IMG/VR virus record: IMGVR_UViG_2883475777_000001
Reading direction: 5' to 3' (one strand)
DNA length: 64,000 bases
Origin: a virus
Lineage: Duplodnaviria; Caudoviricetes
How positions within the stretch are numbered: position 1 is the stretch's first letter; each line of letters opens with the position of its first letter. The translations under genes were made by a program, and so were the position numbers. This document shows, one piece after another, positions 1 through 8,722 of the stretch. The notes below the pieces were generated by a model, which worked only from the letters and a program-made list of their open reading frames with translations, did not search any database and was not told the DNA's origin.

Positions 1-1563
1 TCATCGCTCTGGCTGCGAGTTCCCATCAGTCTCCGCACTCGTGAACCGCTGACGGAATTGCGACAACTCCTGCTGGAAACTTCGGTTCCACTGTCTGGAA
101 CCGGAGAACAGTTGTGAGAGACGCGACTCCGAACAACACAGCTCCTGTGCGAGCAGCTTCTGCGTAATCTTGTTCGCTCGCATCCACGATCGAAACTCAA
201 TCGGATCGACAAGCTGGTGTGCAGGTCGAATCACCGGTAGAGGACCACCCGATCCTCCGGGGATCTCGTCATATCCCAGTTTCGTGGCAAACCACTGGCG
301 CCATCTGGCGAGGTAATCCTCGGGCGCGAAGATTCTGAGACGGCAGTTTTCGAGTACTTCCTTGCCGCGATTTGAACGTAACATCTCCCGCATTTCTGCG
401 AGGTTGTAGCATCGGCAAGGAGGCTTCGACACCGCTGCGACAACGAGATCAAACCGTTGCGAAAGATCCGCCAGATCGGCGAGGAAGAATCGTACCCATT
501 GCCAAAGCTGTTCATCGGAAGCTCCATCAACTGGGTAGCCGGCTCTATAAAGCCATCCCTTTCGAGTTCGCCCGATGATTTGGTATCCACGATGGCCATT
601 GAAATTACCACCGAAGTTCGCGTACCGCTGCTCTTGCGAAAGAAGTTCGCACCGAATTGAGCGTGATCCAGACGGGGGCATCACCAGACCATCTTCGACC
701 CACGCCGTCGTTCCAGGGCGCCTTCCTTTGCCTGGAACGTGAGACAACTCACGCATGATGCCCTGTAAGAGACGTTGCTGACGTCGAGGTATTTTTACCT
801 TCGGCGAATGCCCGAACAGCTGAATGGGAAGGTACGCAGAGTAGAGCTGCTTCCGCAGCAAAGTTTTCAGCGGCTTGTCCTCACGATCACGCTTCTCAAA
901 GTCGAAGGTGTATTCATCTTCTCCGATTTTATCCATGAACTGCGAGAGCGCGCCGAGCGACCTTCGTGCATCCTTCCAGAGAAAATGCTCATGAGGAACG
1001 TGGAGGTCGTGATAGACGCAAGATTCATCACAGCCGTACGCCGAAGCTCTCGCGAGAATGTCGTCGTCAACTCCGATCTCCTCCAATTCAGCGATCAACC
1101 GTTGCCTCTTGGCCTGCCACCGAAGTGAGCCTGAGCACTTTCTGAGTTTGTCTTCAGCCTCCGAGAGCTGATTTCTAATTCCTTCTGCTCTATGACTTCG
1201 GCGTCCAGAGGCTTCGCAAGTAAGGCCCCATGATTCACGTAGGACGGCCCGCCAATTCTTTGGGCGTTTGTGAGCCCCCCAAGTGCAAGCGGCGATGAGT
1301 TCGTCCGGGACGAGTACGGGATACCGTCTTCTTTCGCACGCCAGGAGAAGTAACAGCCAGCGTTCACAACTGAGGATGCGGCGAATGCGTCCACGACCTG
1401 GGTTGATATCTCTACTTGTCATCGGGCCAAGTGGGACTGCCTGATCCGTGAGGAGAAAATCCGGGATGGCGGTCGGAAAAACTACGAGTGGTGAGACATT
1501 GTCGGGCGCGATGCCTGTGGATACCATGAGGATGCTCCGCTTGAACTCTGGGGCACAATTCAC
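1..1563 (-). CDS. Hypothetical protein with C-terminal XRE-type HTH
   Basis: 520-aa ORF, complete (TGA at 1-3). C-terminus FRSWMRANKITQKLLAQELCCSESRLSQLFSG is HTH-like; the rest is unrecognised. Start codon uncertain. Confidence 0.6.
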   Translation of the reverse strand: MNCAPEFKRSILMVSTGIAPDNVSPLVVFPTAIPDFLLTDQAVPLGPMTSRDINPGRGRIRRILSCERWLLLLLACERRRYPVLVPDELIAACTWGAHKRPKNWRAVLRESWGLTCEASGRRSHRAEGIRNQLSEAEDKLRKCSGSLRWQAKRQRLIAELEEIGVDDDILARASAYGCDESCVYHDLHVPHEHFLWKDARRSLGALSQFMDKIGEDEYTFDFEKRDREDKPLKTLLRKQLYSAYLPIQLFGHSPKVKIPRRQQRLLQGIMRELSHVPGKGRRPGTTAWVEDGLVMPPSGSRSIRCELLSQEQRYANFGGNFNGHRGYQIIGRTRKGWLYRAGYPVDGASDEQLWQWVRFFLADLADLSQRFDLVVAAVSKPPCRCYNLAEMREMLRSNRGKEVLENCRLRIFAPEDYLARWRQWFATKLGYDEIPGGSGGPLPVIRPAHQLVDPIEFRSWMRANKITQKLLAQELCCSESRLSQLFSGSRQWNRSFQQELSQFRQRFTSAETDGNSQPER

Positions 1564-1616
1564 GAAGGCCAGCCTGGCGGGGCTGGCCTTTCGTTTTGGT
1601 CGTTGGGAATTGGTTC

Positions 1617-2402
1617 CTAATTACCGCTCACCTCCTTGTGATCAAAGGTTCCCATTCGGAAGACGCCTATCGCGACGAGCACTTTCAGTGAGTAACTCTC
1701 CTCGGTTTCGACCTCCCCTTCTGGCGGTTCCTCGTCATAAAATATGAGGTCACGTTCATGTTTCCCATCTACCTTTTTGAACTCTGACAAGGGCTTCTTT
1801 CGAGACTGGACGAGCCAGACTCGCGTTGTCGTTGAACGAGCAACACAGCCCAACGTCAAACGCCCACTCTCGCTGATAACACAGGGATGCCCAGCAAGGT
1901 TCTTCGGCCACGATTTCTTGTCGGGATCGAAAAGGACGTGATCACCTTCAGCTAGTCGCAAGTTGTCGTAAATCAGCAGAGGACAATCGCCGTCGATCTG
2001 AATCCAGTAACGGCTCGGGCGGTAATACGGGAGAGGCACCTCCAGCATGTGACCGAGCGAGTCCCCATGATCATCTGGCAAGCCCTCAAATAGCTGGCGC
2101 GCAATGTAGGCCGCTCGCCGTCCAGCTTCTCCGCCAGCGGAAATGAGCGGATCGCCGTGACCGGTCACAAGCCAGGTTGAATTGACCAAGGCGCTGCTGG
2201 AAAGCCTCTCAAGCATCTTCCGGCCTGGTTGCTGCCGACCCGTGACGACGTTGGAGATCGCCGACTGGCTGATGCCGGTTTCTTCCGCCATGCGGGATTG
2301 CGAGCCGTGCCATACCTTCTTCAGCAACCATTGGACTCGTTGCGCTGACTCGCTTAGTTGACTTGTCACGTCAGAAATCTCCAGTCTTGCCACTTGACGC
2401 AT
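1617..2402 (-). CDS. XRE-family (CI-like) transcriptional repressor
   Basis: N-terminal HTH GSQSRMAEETGISQSAISNVVTGRQQPG; divergent from the excisionase/recombinase genes. Confidence 0.75.
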   Translation of the reverse strand: MRQVARLEISDVTSQLSESAQRVQWLLKKVWHGSQSRMAEETGISQSAISNVVTGRQQPGRKMLERLSSSALVNSTWLVTGHGDPLISAGGEAGRRAAYIARQLFEGLPDDHGDSLGHMLEVPLPYYRPSRYWIQIDGDCPLLIYDNLRLAEGDHVLFDPDKKSWPKNLAGHPCVISESGRLTLGCVARSTTTRVWLVQSRKKPLSEFKKVDGKHERDLIFYDEEPPEGEVETEESYSLKVLVAIGVFRMGTFDHKEVSGN

Positions 2403-2422
2403 TGCGGTACCACTTCTATGAT
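2394..2422 (+). promoter_or_regulatory. Sigma70-like promoter for the xis-recombinase operon
   Basis: TTGACG (2394-2399), 17-nt spacer, TATGAT (2417-2422); overlaps the annotated start of the divergent repressor. Confidence 0.55.
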
Positions 2423-2475
2423 ATTCGTTAAACGTGAGAAATCAACCGCGCAAAAGCCAGAAGGGAGCGGACAAA

Positions 2476-2736
2476 ATGGAATCGATGACCCCAAGTCCAA
2501 CGACCGACTGGATTACTCAACGTGAGCTTGCCGAACTGCTTGGGATTTCCGAGCGGACAGCTTCGCTGTGGGCGAAGGGCGGGAAGCTCGAACCTTTCAA
2601 GCACGGCGTGAAGACGTGTGGCCGAAGGAAGTACAGTAAGTCGCTCGTCCAGCGTGAACTAAATAACCGCTGGGACGAAGCTGTGGCACGGCAAGATACG
2701 GCCGCCGTCACTACGAACTCAGAGTCGGACGAATAA
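2476..2736 (+). CDS. Excisionase/MerR-type HTH DNA-binding protein
   Basis: WITQRELAELLGISERTASLWAKGGKL motif; ATG 2476 preceded by AAGGGAG; upstream of the recombinase. Confidence 0.7.
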   Translation: MESMTPSPTTDWITQRELAELLGISERTASLWAKGGKLEPFKHGVKTCGRRKYSKSLVQRELNNRWDEAVARQDTAAVTTNSESDE

Positions 2737-2798
2737 GTTCCGACCAGGCACTCCGCCGTCGCACCAGGGAGAGTTCGATTGTGGACTGATCTTCAAAT

Positions 2799-3017
2799 TT
2801 GAAGATGCCACGAAAAAGTAAGCAGCACTGGACAACCAATGTCGTCCCGTGGGGAACCAACGAAATCGTACGAAAGCATCCCCACCGCGAGAAATCCGCC
2901 AAAGAGCGTGACCAACTCGCTACTTCGCTCATGAAGGAAGCCTACGTCTTCCACTTTCGAGCACACCAGGCTGAACGCAACGATTCGCATGAATCGCAGC
3001 AGCAAGAATCAGCCTGA
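2799..3017 (+). CDS. Small hypothetical protein
   Basis: 72-aa ORF co-oriented between the xis-like gene and the recombinase; no motif recognised. Confidence 0.35.
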   Translation: MKMPRKSKQHWTTNVVPWGTNEIVRKHPHREKSAKERDQLATSLMKEAYVFHFRAHQAERNDSHESQQQESA

Positions 3018-3089
3018 TCTCCACATCGCAGTCGCGCATTTCTGTGCGGCTGCGTTTTCTAAATCATCCATTCAAACGAGAACAGAAAT

Positions 3090-4766
3090 ATGAACACACG
3101 TAAATGCGCACTCTATGGTCGTGTCTCCACCCAACGTCAGGCGCAGGTTCAGGAAGGCGGTCTCGACTCTCAATTCAGCCTGATGGAAAAGCGGGTTGAG
3201 TTGGAAAACCAAAAGGACGGCGGCGAGCATTGGGAGATCACGGGCCGTTATCGAGAGGAGGGCTGGTCGGGCAAGAACACGGATCGTCCTGAGTTCCAAC
3301 GCCTCATGCGTGACATTGAAGACGGCAAGATCGACATCCTCATCGTCCAAAAGATTGACCGAGTAACACGATCCCTTCTCGACTTCTTTGAGCTCTGGGC
3401 AAAGCTCCAGAAGTACGAGGTTGAGTTTGTCAGTGTCAATGAGAGTTTCGACACCACGTCAGCGATGGGACGAGCAATGGTGAAGATCATCCTCGTTTTT
3501 GCTGAGTTGGAACGAGAAACTACTGCTGAACGTACTTATGCCACGATGAAGCATCGAGCCGAACAGGGACTTTGGCACGGCGGTCGTCAAATCGGTTACG
3601 AAGCTGACCCAGATCGGAAGGGCGTGCTCAAGGTGAATCCAGAAGAAGCTCGCCTTGTCGAGCAGATTTACGAAAAGTGCATTGAGCTTGGATCAGCGGG
3701 AAAGGTGACGAAGTACCTCGCCGACCAGGGGATTCGTCGTCCGACCTACGTGACGAAGAACGGCGAGCCGGGAGGTGGCGGACCGATCTACAAGCAGACA
3801 GTCATCCGAACGCTCACAAGCAAGCTGTACCTGGGAAAGATCGTTTTCGACGACGTCGAGTACGAGGGCCAGCATGACGCCATCATCGAACGGGAATTGT
3901 ACGATCGGGTCCAGAAGATTCTTGAAGACAATCGTGAGGCGCGTGGAAACAGTCGCGGTGATTACGAGCACACGTTTCTTCTTCAGGGACTTCTGCGCTG
4001 TGGTCGCTGCGGCTCGATGATGTCGACAACATGGTGTACGGGCCGAAACGGTGATAAGCATTTCTATTACCAATGCACACGAAAGTCTCACAGCGCGGGA
4101 ACCGCGTGTGATGCCCGATATGCTCCGGCCTTCGCTGTCGAGGAGTTCGTGCTCAACCAAGTTTCCGAGTGGGGCGTCCGACGTGATCAGATTCAGAAGG
4201 CCATTGAACAGGCCACTCAGCACCACAACAACGAGGCCAAACGGATTGGAGACGAACTCAATGCAGTAAAACGTCGATTGCGCGACACGAAGTCCAGTCT
4301 CAGCAAATTGATTGCTGCCGTAGCCGGCGGCGCAGAGTTCCGGTCTATGGAGGAGCAGATTGCAGAGCTTGAGGCGGTTCGCAGCAACTTGGAAGAACAG
4401 GTGCAGGCGCTTGAGACCGCTCGAACGGAGGCTCTCAACCAGTCACTTTCAGCAGACTCAATCTCGGAAGCCTACTGTGATTTTCCGTTTGTTGTCGAGA
4501 AGCTGAAGGAAGCCGGCAACGCCTACGCTCTGAAGGACCTGCTCGCCTGCTACATCGCGGCGATCGACCTAACTCAGGACGAGGACGATCCTCAGAGCGG
4601 GCACATGGAAATCACCCTTTTCGACCAGGAATTGCCGATTCCGGGGGCTGCAAGCGCAAAGAAAGACACTCGTGGAGCCAATGGCGTTGACCATTTGGAC
4701 CGACGAGTGTCTTCAAAGCTCCCCGAAAGGAACCCTCTTCGTAACAATACTCTCTTTTGCGAATGA
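3090..4766 (+). CDS. Large serine recombinase (integrase)
   Basis: Catalytic YGRVST; DRVTR and ELERE motifs; recombinase domain; Zn ribbon LLRCGRCG...YYQC...C; coiled coil. Confidence 0.93.
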   Translation: MNTRKCALYGRVSTQRQAQVQEGGLDSQFSLMEKRVELENQKDGGEHWEITGRYREEGWSGKNTDRPEFQRLMRDIEDGKIDILIVQKIDRVTRSLLDFFELWAKLQKYEVEFVSVNESFDTTSAMGRAMVKIILVFAELERETTAERTYATMKHRAEQGLWHGGRQIGYEADPDRKGVLKVNPEEARLVEQIYEKCIELGSAGKVTKYLADQGIRRPTYVTKNGEPGGGGPIYKQTVIRTLTSKLYLGKIVFDDVEYEGQHDAIIERELYDRVQKILEDNREARGNSRGDYEHTFLLQGLLRCGRCGSMMSTTWCTGRNGDKHFYYQCTRKSHSAGTACDARYAPAFAVEEFVLNQVSEWGVRRDQIQKAIEQATQHHNNEAKRIGDELNAVKRRLRDTKSSLSKLIAAVAGGAEFRSMEEQIAELEAVRSNLEEQVQALETARTEALNQSLSADSISEAYCDFPFVVEKLKEAGNAYALKDLLACYIAAIDLTQDEDDPQSGHMEITLFDQELPIPGAASAKKDTRGANGVDHLDRRVSSKLPERNPLRNNTLFCE

Positions 4767-4830
4767 CGTAAGCCGTTGGGATGAAAACGGTTGTCGAGTT
4801 CGAGTCTCGTTCGCTGGCTTCCCCGAACTC

Positions 4831-5241
4831 TCATTCAACATCGAATGTGCATTCTTCTCGTGCGCACGTCTGGAAAGTACCACCGTCCTGTCGGAACATG
4901 ATGTACGCCTGAAGTGCCCATTCGCCCGGCGGCCGGAAATAGTTAAAAACCTTGAGTTGCCCGGTTTGCGACATACCTTCGTCCAGATCCAGCTCAACAA
5001 GCGCGTTGCTTTGTTCTCGGTAATGGTTGCCCGTGCCGTCGCTGTGGATTCCGCGAACTCCGATGACGAACTTCGTGGCTGACGATCCTGCACTGCAGGT
5101 GTAGTCAACGGTGAACAACTCCGCATCAAATTGATTGTGGCGTCCGCCACACGGATGAAGGTTAGCTAGTCCGCAGCCAGGCAATGATGAAATCTCGGCA
5201 TCCTTCAAGGCGTCAATTTGGGCCAGCAGTTCCTTGTCCAT
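4831..5241 (-). CDS. Hypothetical protein
   Basis: 136-aa ATG-started ORF with normal composition in cargo region; no motif recognised. Confidence 0.45.
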   Translation of the reverse strand: MDKELLAQIDALKDAEISSLPGCGLANLHPCGGRHNQFDAELFTVDYTCSAGSSATKFVIGVRGIHSDGTGNHYREQSNALVELDLDEGMSQTGQLKVFNYFRPPGEWALQAYIMFRQDGGTFQTCAREECTFDVE

Positions 5242-5474
5242 GCCAGTAACTCCTAAGATTTTGTTGGTTAGGTCGCGATTCCCAACGATTGTAACGGTTT
5301 TTCCGGCTTCCGTGAATTCCGGCGGGAGACCGTGAGAGCCGTCTTTCTTCGGAACAGTGTTCCAATTCCTAAAACGCGAACTACACTAGCTAAGAGTCTA
5401 CGGGGACCTATCCACTTCCATATTCGCGGAGCAACAAGATAGGTTTCGACCACAGTACAATAGGCCTCAAATCG

Positions 5475-6023
5475 ATGACGCAATACATACGAGTTCTGTC
5501 CTGCATATCAACAATCTTGCTGACTTCGAGTGTGGCGATTGGCCAAACCCCCTCAGTGCGGTCAGTCGTTGCACATCTAGGGCAAGCCAAAGACGTCACT
5601 TTCGCCACGGCGATACAGAATGAACCAATTGTTGCGGATGAAGAGGTTTGCTCGGTCGCCAAGTTGACGACCAAAACGATCCTTGTCACCGGCCATTCCC
5701 TTGGCACCACCAATCTGTTTGTGGTTCTCGACGGTGGCGTTATTGAGGCTGTAAGCATTGAGGTTGTGCGCGATCCGCTGCGATTTCAGCGTCTCGAAGC
5801 AACGATCCCGACAGTTGTTCCTGGAGCACAGGTAACGCTGACACCAGTGGATGCCACTGACAAGGTGGTTGTAAGCGGAACTGTAAAGTCCTGTGGAGAC
5901 ATTAGACTGGTTATTCAGCTACTTGAAGATCGCCAACTACCGCAAAGCATGATCATAAACCAACTGCGTGTTCGCTGCTGTTGCTGTCCATGCCGAACGA
6001 CGCGAAGGTTTTGCAGGCGGTAA
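5475..6023 (+). CDS. Exported protein with CpaC/RcpA N-terminal (pilus assembly) and BON-like domains, no secretin domain
   Basis: Signal peptide; ILVTGHSLGTTNLFV motif typical of CpaC N-domain; VVVSGTV...IINQLRV BON-like; Cys/Arg-rich tail. Confidence 0.65.
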   Translation: MTQYIRVLSCISTILLTSSVAIGQTPSVRSVVAHLGQAKDVTFATAIQNEPIVADEEVCSVAKLTTKTILVTGHSLGTTNLFVVLDGGVIEAVSIEVVRDPLRFQRLEATIPTVVPGAQVTLTPVDATDKVVVSGTVKSCGDIRLVIQLLEDRQLPQSMIINQLRVRCCCCPCRTTRRFCRR

Positions 6024-6030
6024 TCGCCCG

Positions 6031-8355
6031 TCATACGGTGATCAGTATCTCTCCCTTTGTGCCAATGTTGATACTCAGAATCGTTATTTCTCTGACAGAA
6101 GGTGCAACTTCGACTGACTTTGCTGGTTCCCCTTGAGAAAAGTCAACATCGGTCGTCGTGTTATCAGTGTGAGTCATTCGTAGCGAAATCCCTCCATCCG
6201 GACGACGTCTGGAAAACTCGACTCCAAGAAGTGGTGTGCGCGGATGCGCGGCCGTGCGATTCCAGACCACCCATGTTCCGTCTGTATAGGGTCCTTCAAA
6301 TGGCAGCCGAATGACTCCTGGTTGCTCTTCCTCTTCGGCTTCGCGACGTGCATCAGCTATCGCATCAATCAAGCGGTCTCTGTTCCGTGGGGCATCAGCA
6401 GACGCGGCAACCATTGATGCAACCATGAGATCAACCCCGTTATACAGGCTCCCCTCTGAGCCGGGATCGCGTTTAGAGCGCTTCCAACGAAAATCTTGAT
6501 TCCAGCCGCGTTTCGCGCTCTCTTTCGGATAATCCTCTGGCGCCGTTTCAAGAGATTCCAGGCGACGTTTGACGTCCCCTCGGGCCGCGACTCCGTGGAA
6601 TCGATGCATTAACGCCATAAAGAAGGCATTATCAAATCGATGAGCAGCTCGTATAGGATTGATTCGGTTTTCTCCAAACGTATCCGATGCAGCATTAGCG
6701 CAGAAGAAGTGGTATATCATGAATCGCGCGGCATCAACGTTCGAATACACCAGTTCCCCTAGCAGCGACAGCGGAGCCGTAACTGGAAACTCTGCCAGAT
6801 TAGGAAAGATCAACACCCACGGTGCCGGGATATCCCAGTCGATGTCGAGAGTTCCAAAATCCTGAGCTGGCGCGATCTCTACCTCTTCGTGGCATCCCAC
6901 CTTCGTGCCGCATACGCAGAGTGGGTTCCATACCTTAATGACAACAGGCGGTGTTTTTAGCTCCCACTGAAACTGAAACCGAATTGTTCTTGGCAACTCC
7001 CCAACGACTCCGAGGTCCTGCAACAGCTTTCCAAGATCGAGCACCCAATGCAAGGACTCGTCTGGGTCGAGTTCGTTGCGCGGATCAACCAACGTCGTCC
7101 GTGAAAACACACGGAACAGTGCCCTGGCGAGGTTGTCGTTCAATGCCTCGCTGAGCGGATCATTGCCAAGCTCCGCGAGTCTATCGCGCAGCCAGCGTGC
7201 AAGGTCGCTACGCACAAAGGCTCGTACTGCTTCTCTGAGCGTGTTCAATGCGGCACGAAGAATCTCTTCCAAGATGTACCCGAAATGCCGAATTACTAGG
7301 TCGAGAAAATCACCGAATTCTCCCAGCTCTCTCTGGATGTCGCGTTGGAGATTAACATGCTTTGTGATCAACCCAGGAAGTGTGTCGATTAGCCCGTCAA
7401 GGATCACAGTAATGAGATTCTCAACGAAGTCGAAAAGAAATCGATAAAGGAAGGGTTCGAGGAACGGTCTATAATTCCCGCTGCCCCCAGCTCGCGCTGA
7501 CGCTTGGGTGCGGGCAAGTGGATAGGCGTACATCCAGCACCAGCCGCCCTGCCGGTCAACCTCTGCTCCATCACAACGGCGCATCGCGTATCTACAGTTT
7601 GTAGCGATGTACCGGTGCGTGGCAGTCATGCGCTCAATAATTCCCGCCTGCAGCGCATCAACACGTGGGTGATGATCCGGGGGGCACCGAGGATCTGACG
7701 CCACGTCGGCTTCTTCCAATATCCTCCACGCGAATGCCCCGCAGTTGTTCAGACTACCTAGTTGGTCGTATGATGGCTCGTGGGAACGAAAGTCATTCGA
7801 TAGCGGATCCTTCTTCCATTCACAAAAGGACTCCTCGAATCCGTCAAACGCATCGTGCCGAACCATGTAGCCGTATGTTGATCCTACGCGAGGACGGCAA
7901 CGATTGCTTCTCTCCTCTTTGTATCCCGGCTGCCAAGTACCAAGGCGACGGAGCATCGCCAACACACACTCCGCAAGTTCTAGTGTCTGATCGTCATAAG
8001 TAATTACGTATTCGGCCACCAACGCCAGAAACAGATTGGAGGAGTACAACGTTTGGTCTGCATGACGAATCCCTGTCACGAACCGTTCTTCTTCTGTGGC
8101 GCCCTCTGGTTCATTCGATACTCTGAGCAAATCAGCGACCAAGAAAGCGCCCGGTTCAGTGACATCGGTTGTTGCTTGACGCACGAACGGCACAGGAGCC
8201 CCTTCTCGCTGAAACTCAACGGTTGGGAATTCATTGCAGCCACCTGGCACGCTGCAACTGCGCAAAGTCGAGTCGCAGAAATACCCCTTGGGCCCATCAA
8301 TCAGCCGTTGGCGGTAGGTCGCATACAAACGAGCGAGCTTTTCAGAAAGAATCAT
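6031..8355 (-). CDS. Large hypothetical protein (paralog of 8723-12415) with fused C-terminal beta domain
   Basis: Likely start MILSEKLARLY at 8355 (774 aa); shares ordered motifs with the 1230-aa protein. Confidence 0.7.
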   Translation of the reverse strand: MILSEKLARLYATYRQRLIDGPKGYFCDSTLRSCSVPGGCNEFPTVEFQREGAPVPFVRQATTDVTEPGAFLVADLLRVSNEPEGATEEERFVTGIRHADQTLYSSNLFLALVAEYVITYDDQTLELAECVLAMLRRLGTWQPGYKEERSNRCRPRVGSTYGYMVRHDAFDGFEESFCEWKKDPLSNDFRSHEPSYDQLGSLNNCGAFAWRILEEADVASDPRCPPDHHPRVDALQAGIIERMTATHRYIATNCRYAMRRCDGAEVDRQGGWCWMYAYPLARTQASARAGGSGNYRPFLEPFLYRFLFDFVENLITVILDGLIDTLPGLITKHVNLQRDIQRELGEFGDFLDLVIRHFGYILEEILRAALNTLREAVRAFVRSDLARWLRDRLAELGNDPLSEALNDNLARALFRVFSRTTLVDPRNELDPDESLHWVLDLGKLLQDLGVVGELPRTIRFQFQWELKTPPVVIKVWNPLCVCGTKVGCHEEVEIAPAQDFGTLDIDWDIPAPWVLIFPNLAEFPVTAPLSLLGELVYSNVDAARFMIYHFFCANAASDTFGENRINPIRAAHRFDNAFFMALMHRFHGVAARGDVKRRLESLETAPEDYPKESAKRGWNQDFRWKRSKRDPGSEGSLYNGVDLMVASMVAASADAPRNRDRLIDAIADARREAEEEEQPGVIRLPFEGPYTDGTWVVWNRTAAHPRTPLLGVEFSRRRPDGGISLRMTHTDNTTTDVDFSQGEPAKSVEVAPSVREITILSINIGTKGEILITV

Positions 8356-8362
8356 GGATCGC

Positions 8363-8686
8363 TCACGGTAGTGTTGATATTTGAATGCTGAACCTAGCAC
8401 CAGCAGAAGCTGACTCAATCCAGACACCATTCAACGCGGGGTCATCGTTGTATCGCAACGGAACAGTGATGGACTTCGCCGACTCTCCGTTCGCCAAGTT
8501 TGCCGAGAGTCGCTCCGCAGTTCCTGCGACGTTTGCCACACGGACTACAACCTCTCCAATTCCTCTTGTGCGGTCGAAGACAATCGCCACCATCATATCC
8601 GTTTCCTGATGGTTGCCAGTGTCGGTGAGTTGCAGGACTTGATGTTCGGCTATCGCCCCTTGGAACGGCAGTTTAATTGGTCCCAT
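8363..8686 (-). CDS. Small protein homologous to the C-terminal domain of 6031-8355
   Basis: AAGGAG RBS before ATG 8686; GPIKLPFQG / FDRTRGIG / NGESAKSITV match GVIRLPFEG / FSRRRPDG / QGEPAKSVEV. Confidence 0.6.
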   Translation of the reverse strand: MGPIKLPFQGAIAEHQVLQLTDTGNHQETDMMVAIVFDRTRGIGEVVVRVANVAGTAERLSANLANGESAKSITVPLRYNDDPALNGVWIESASAGARFSIQISTLP

Positions 8687-8722
8687 CTTTTTCTCCTTGT
8701 TTATTTCAACCAACGGTCAATG

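Noticed and set aside
1565-1590. Terminator between the repressor and the 520-aa gene
   Set aside because: It is a perfect 10-bp hairpin, but the T-rich tail is on the plus strand while the flanking genes are on the minus strand, so its function is unresolved.
4715-4745. tRNA 3'-end fragment at the recombinase terminus
   Set aside because: The reverse complement lacks an intact GTTCRANYC T-loop and CCA; it is kept only as a weak att hint.
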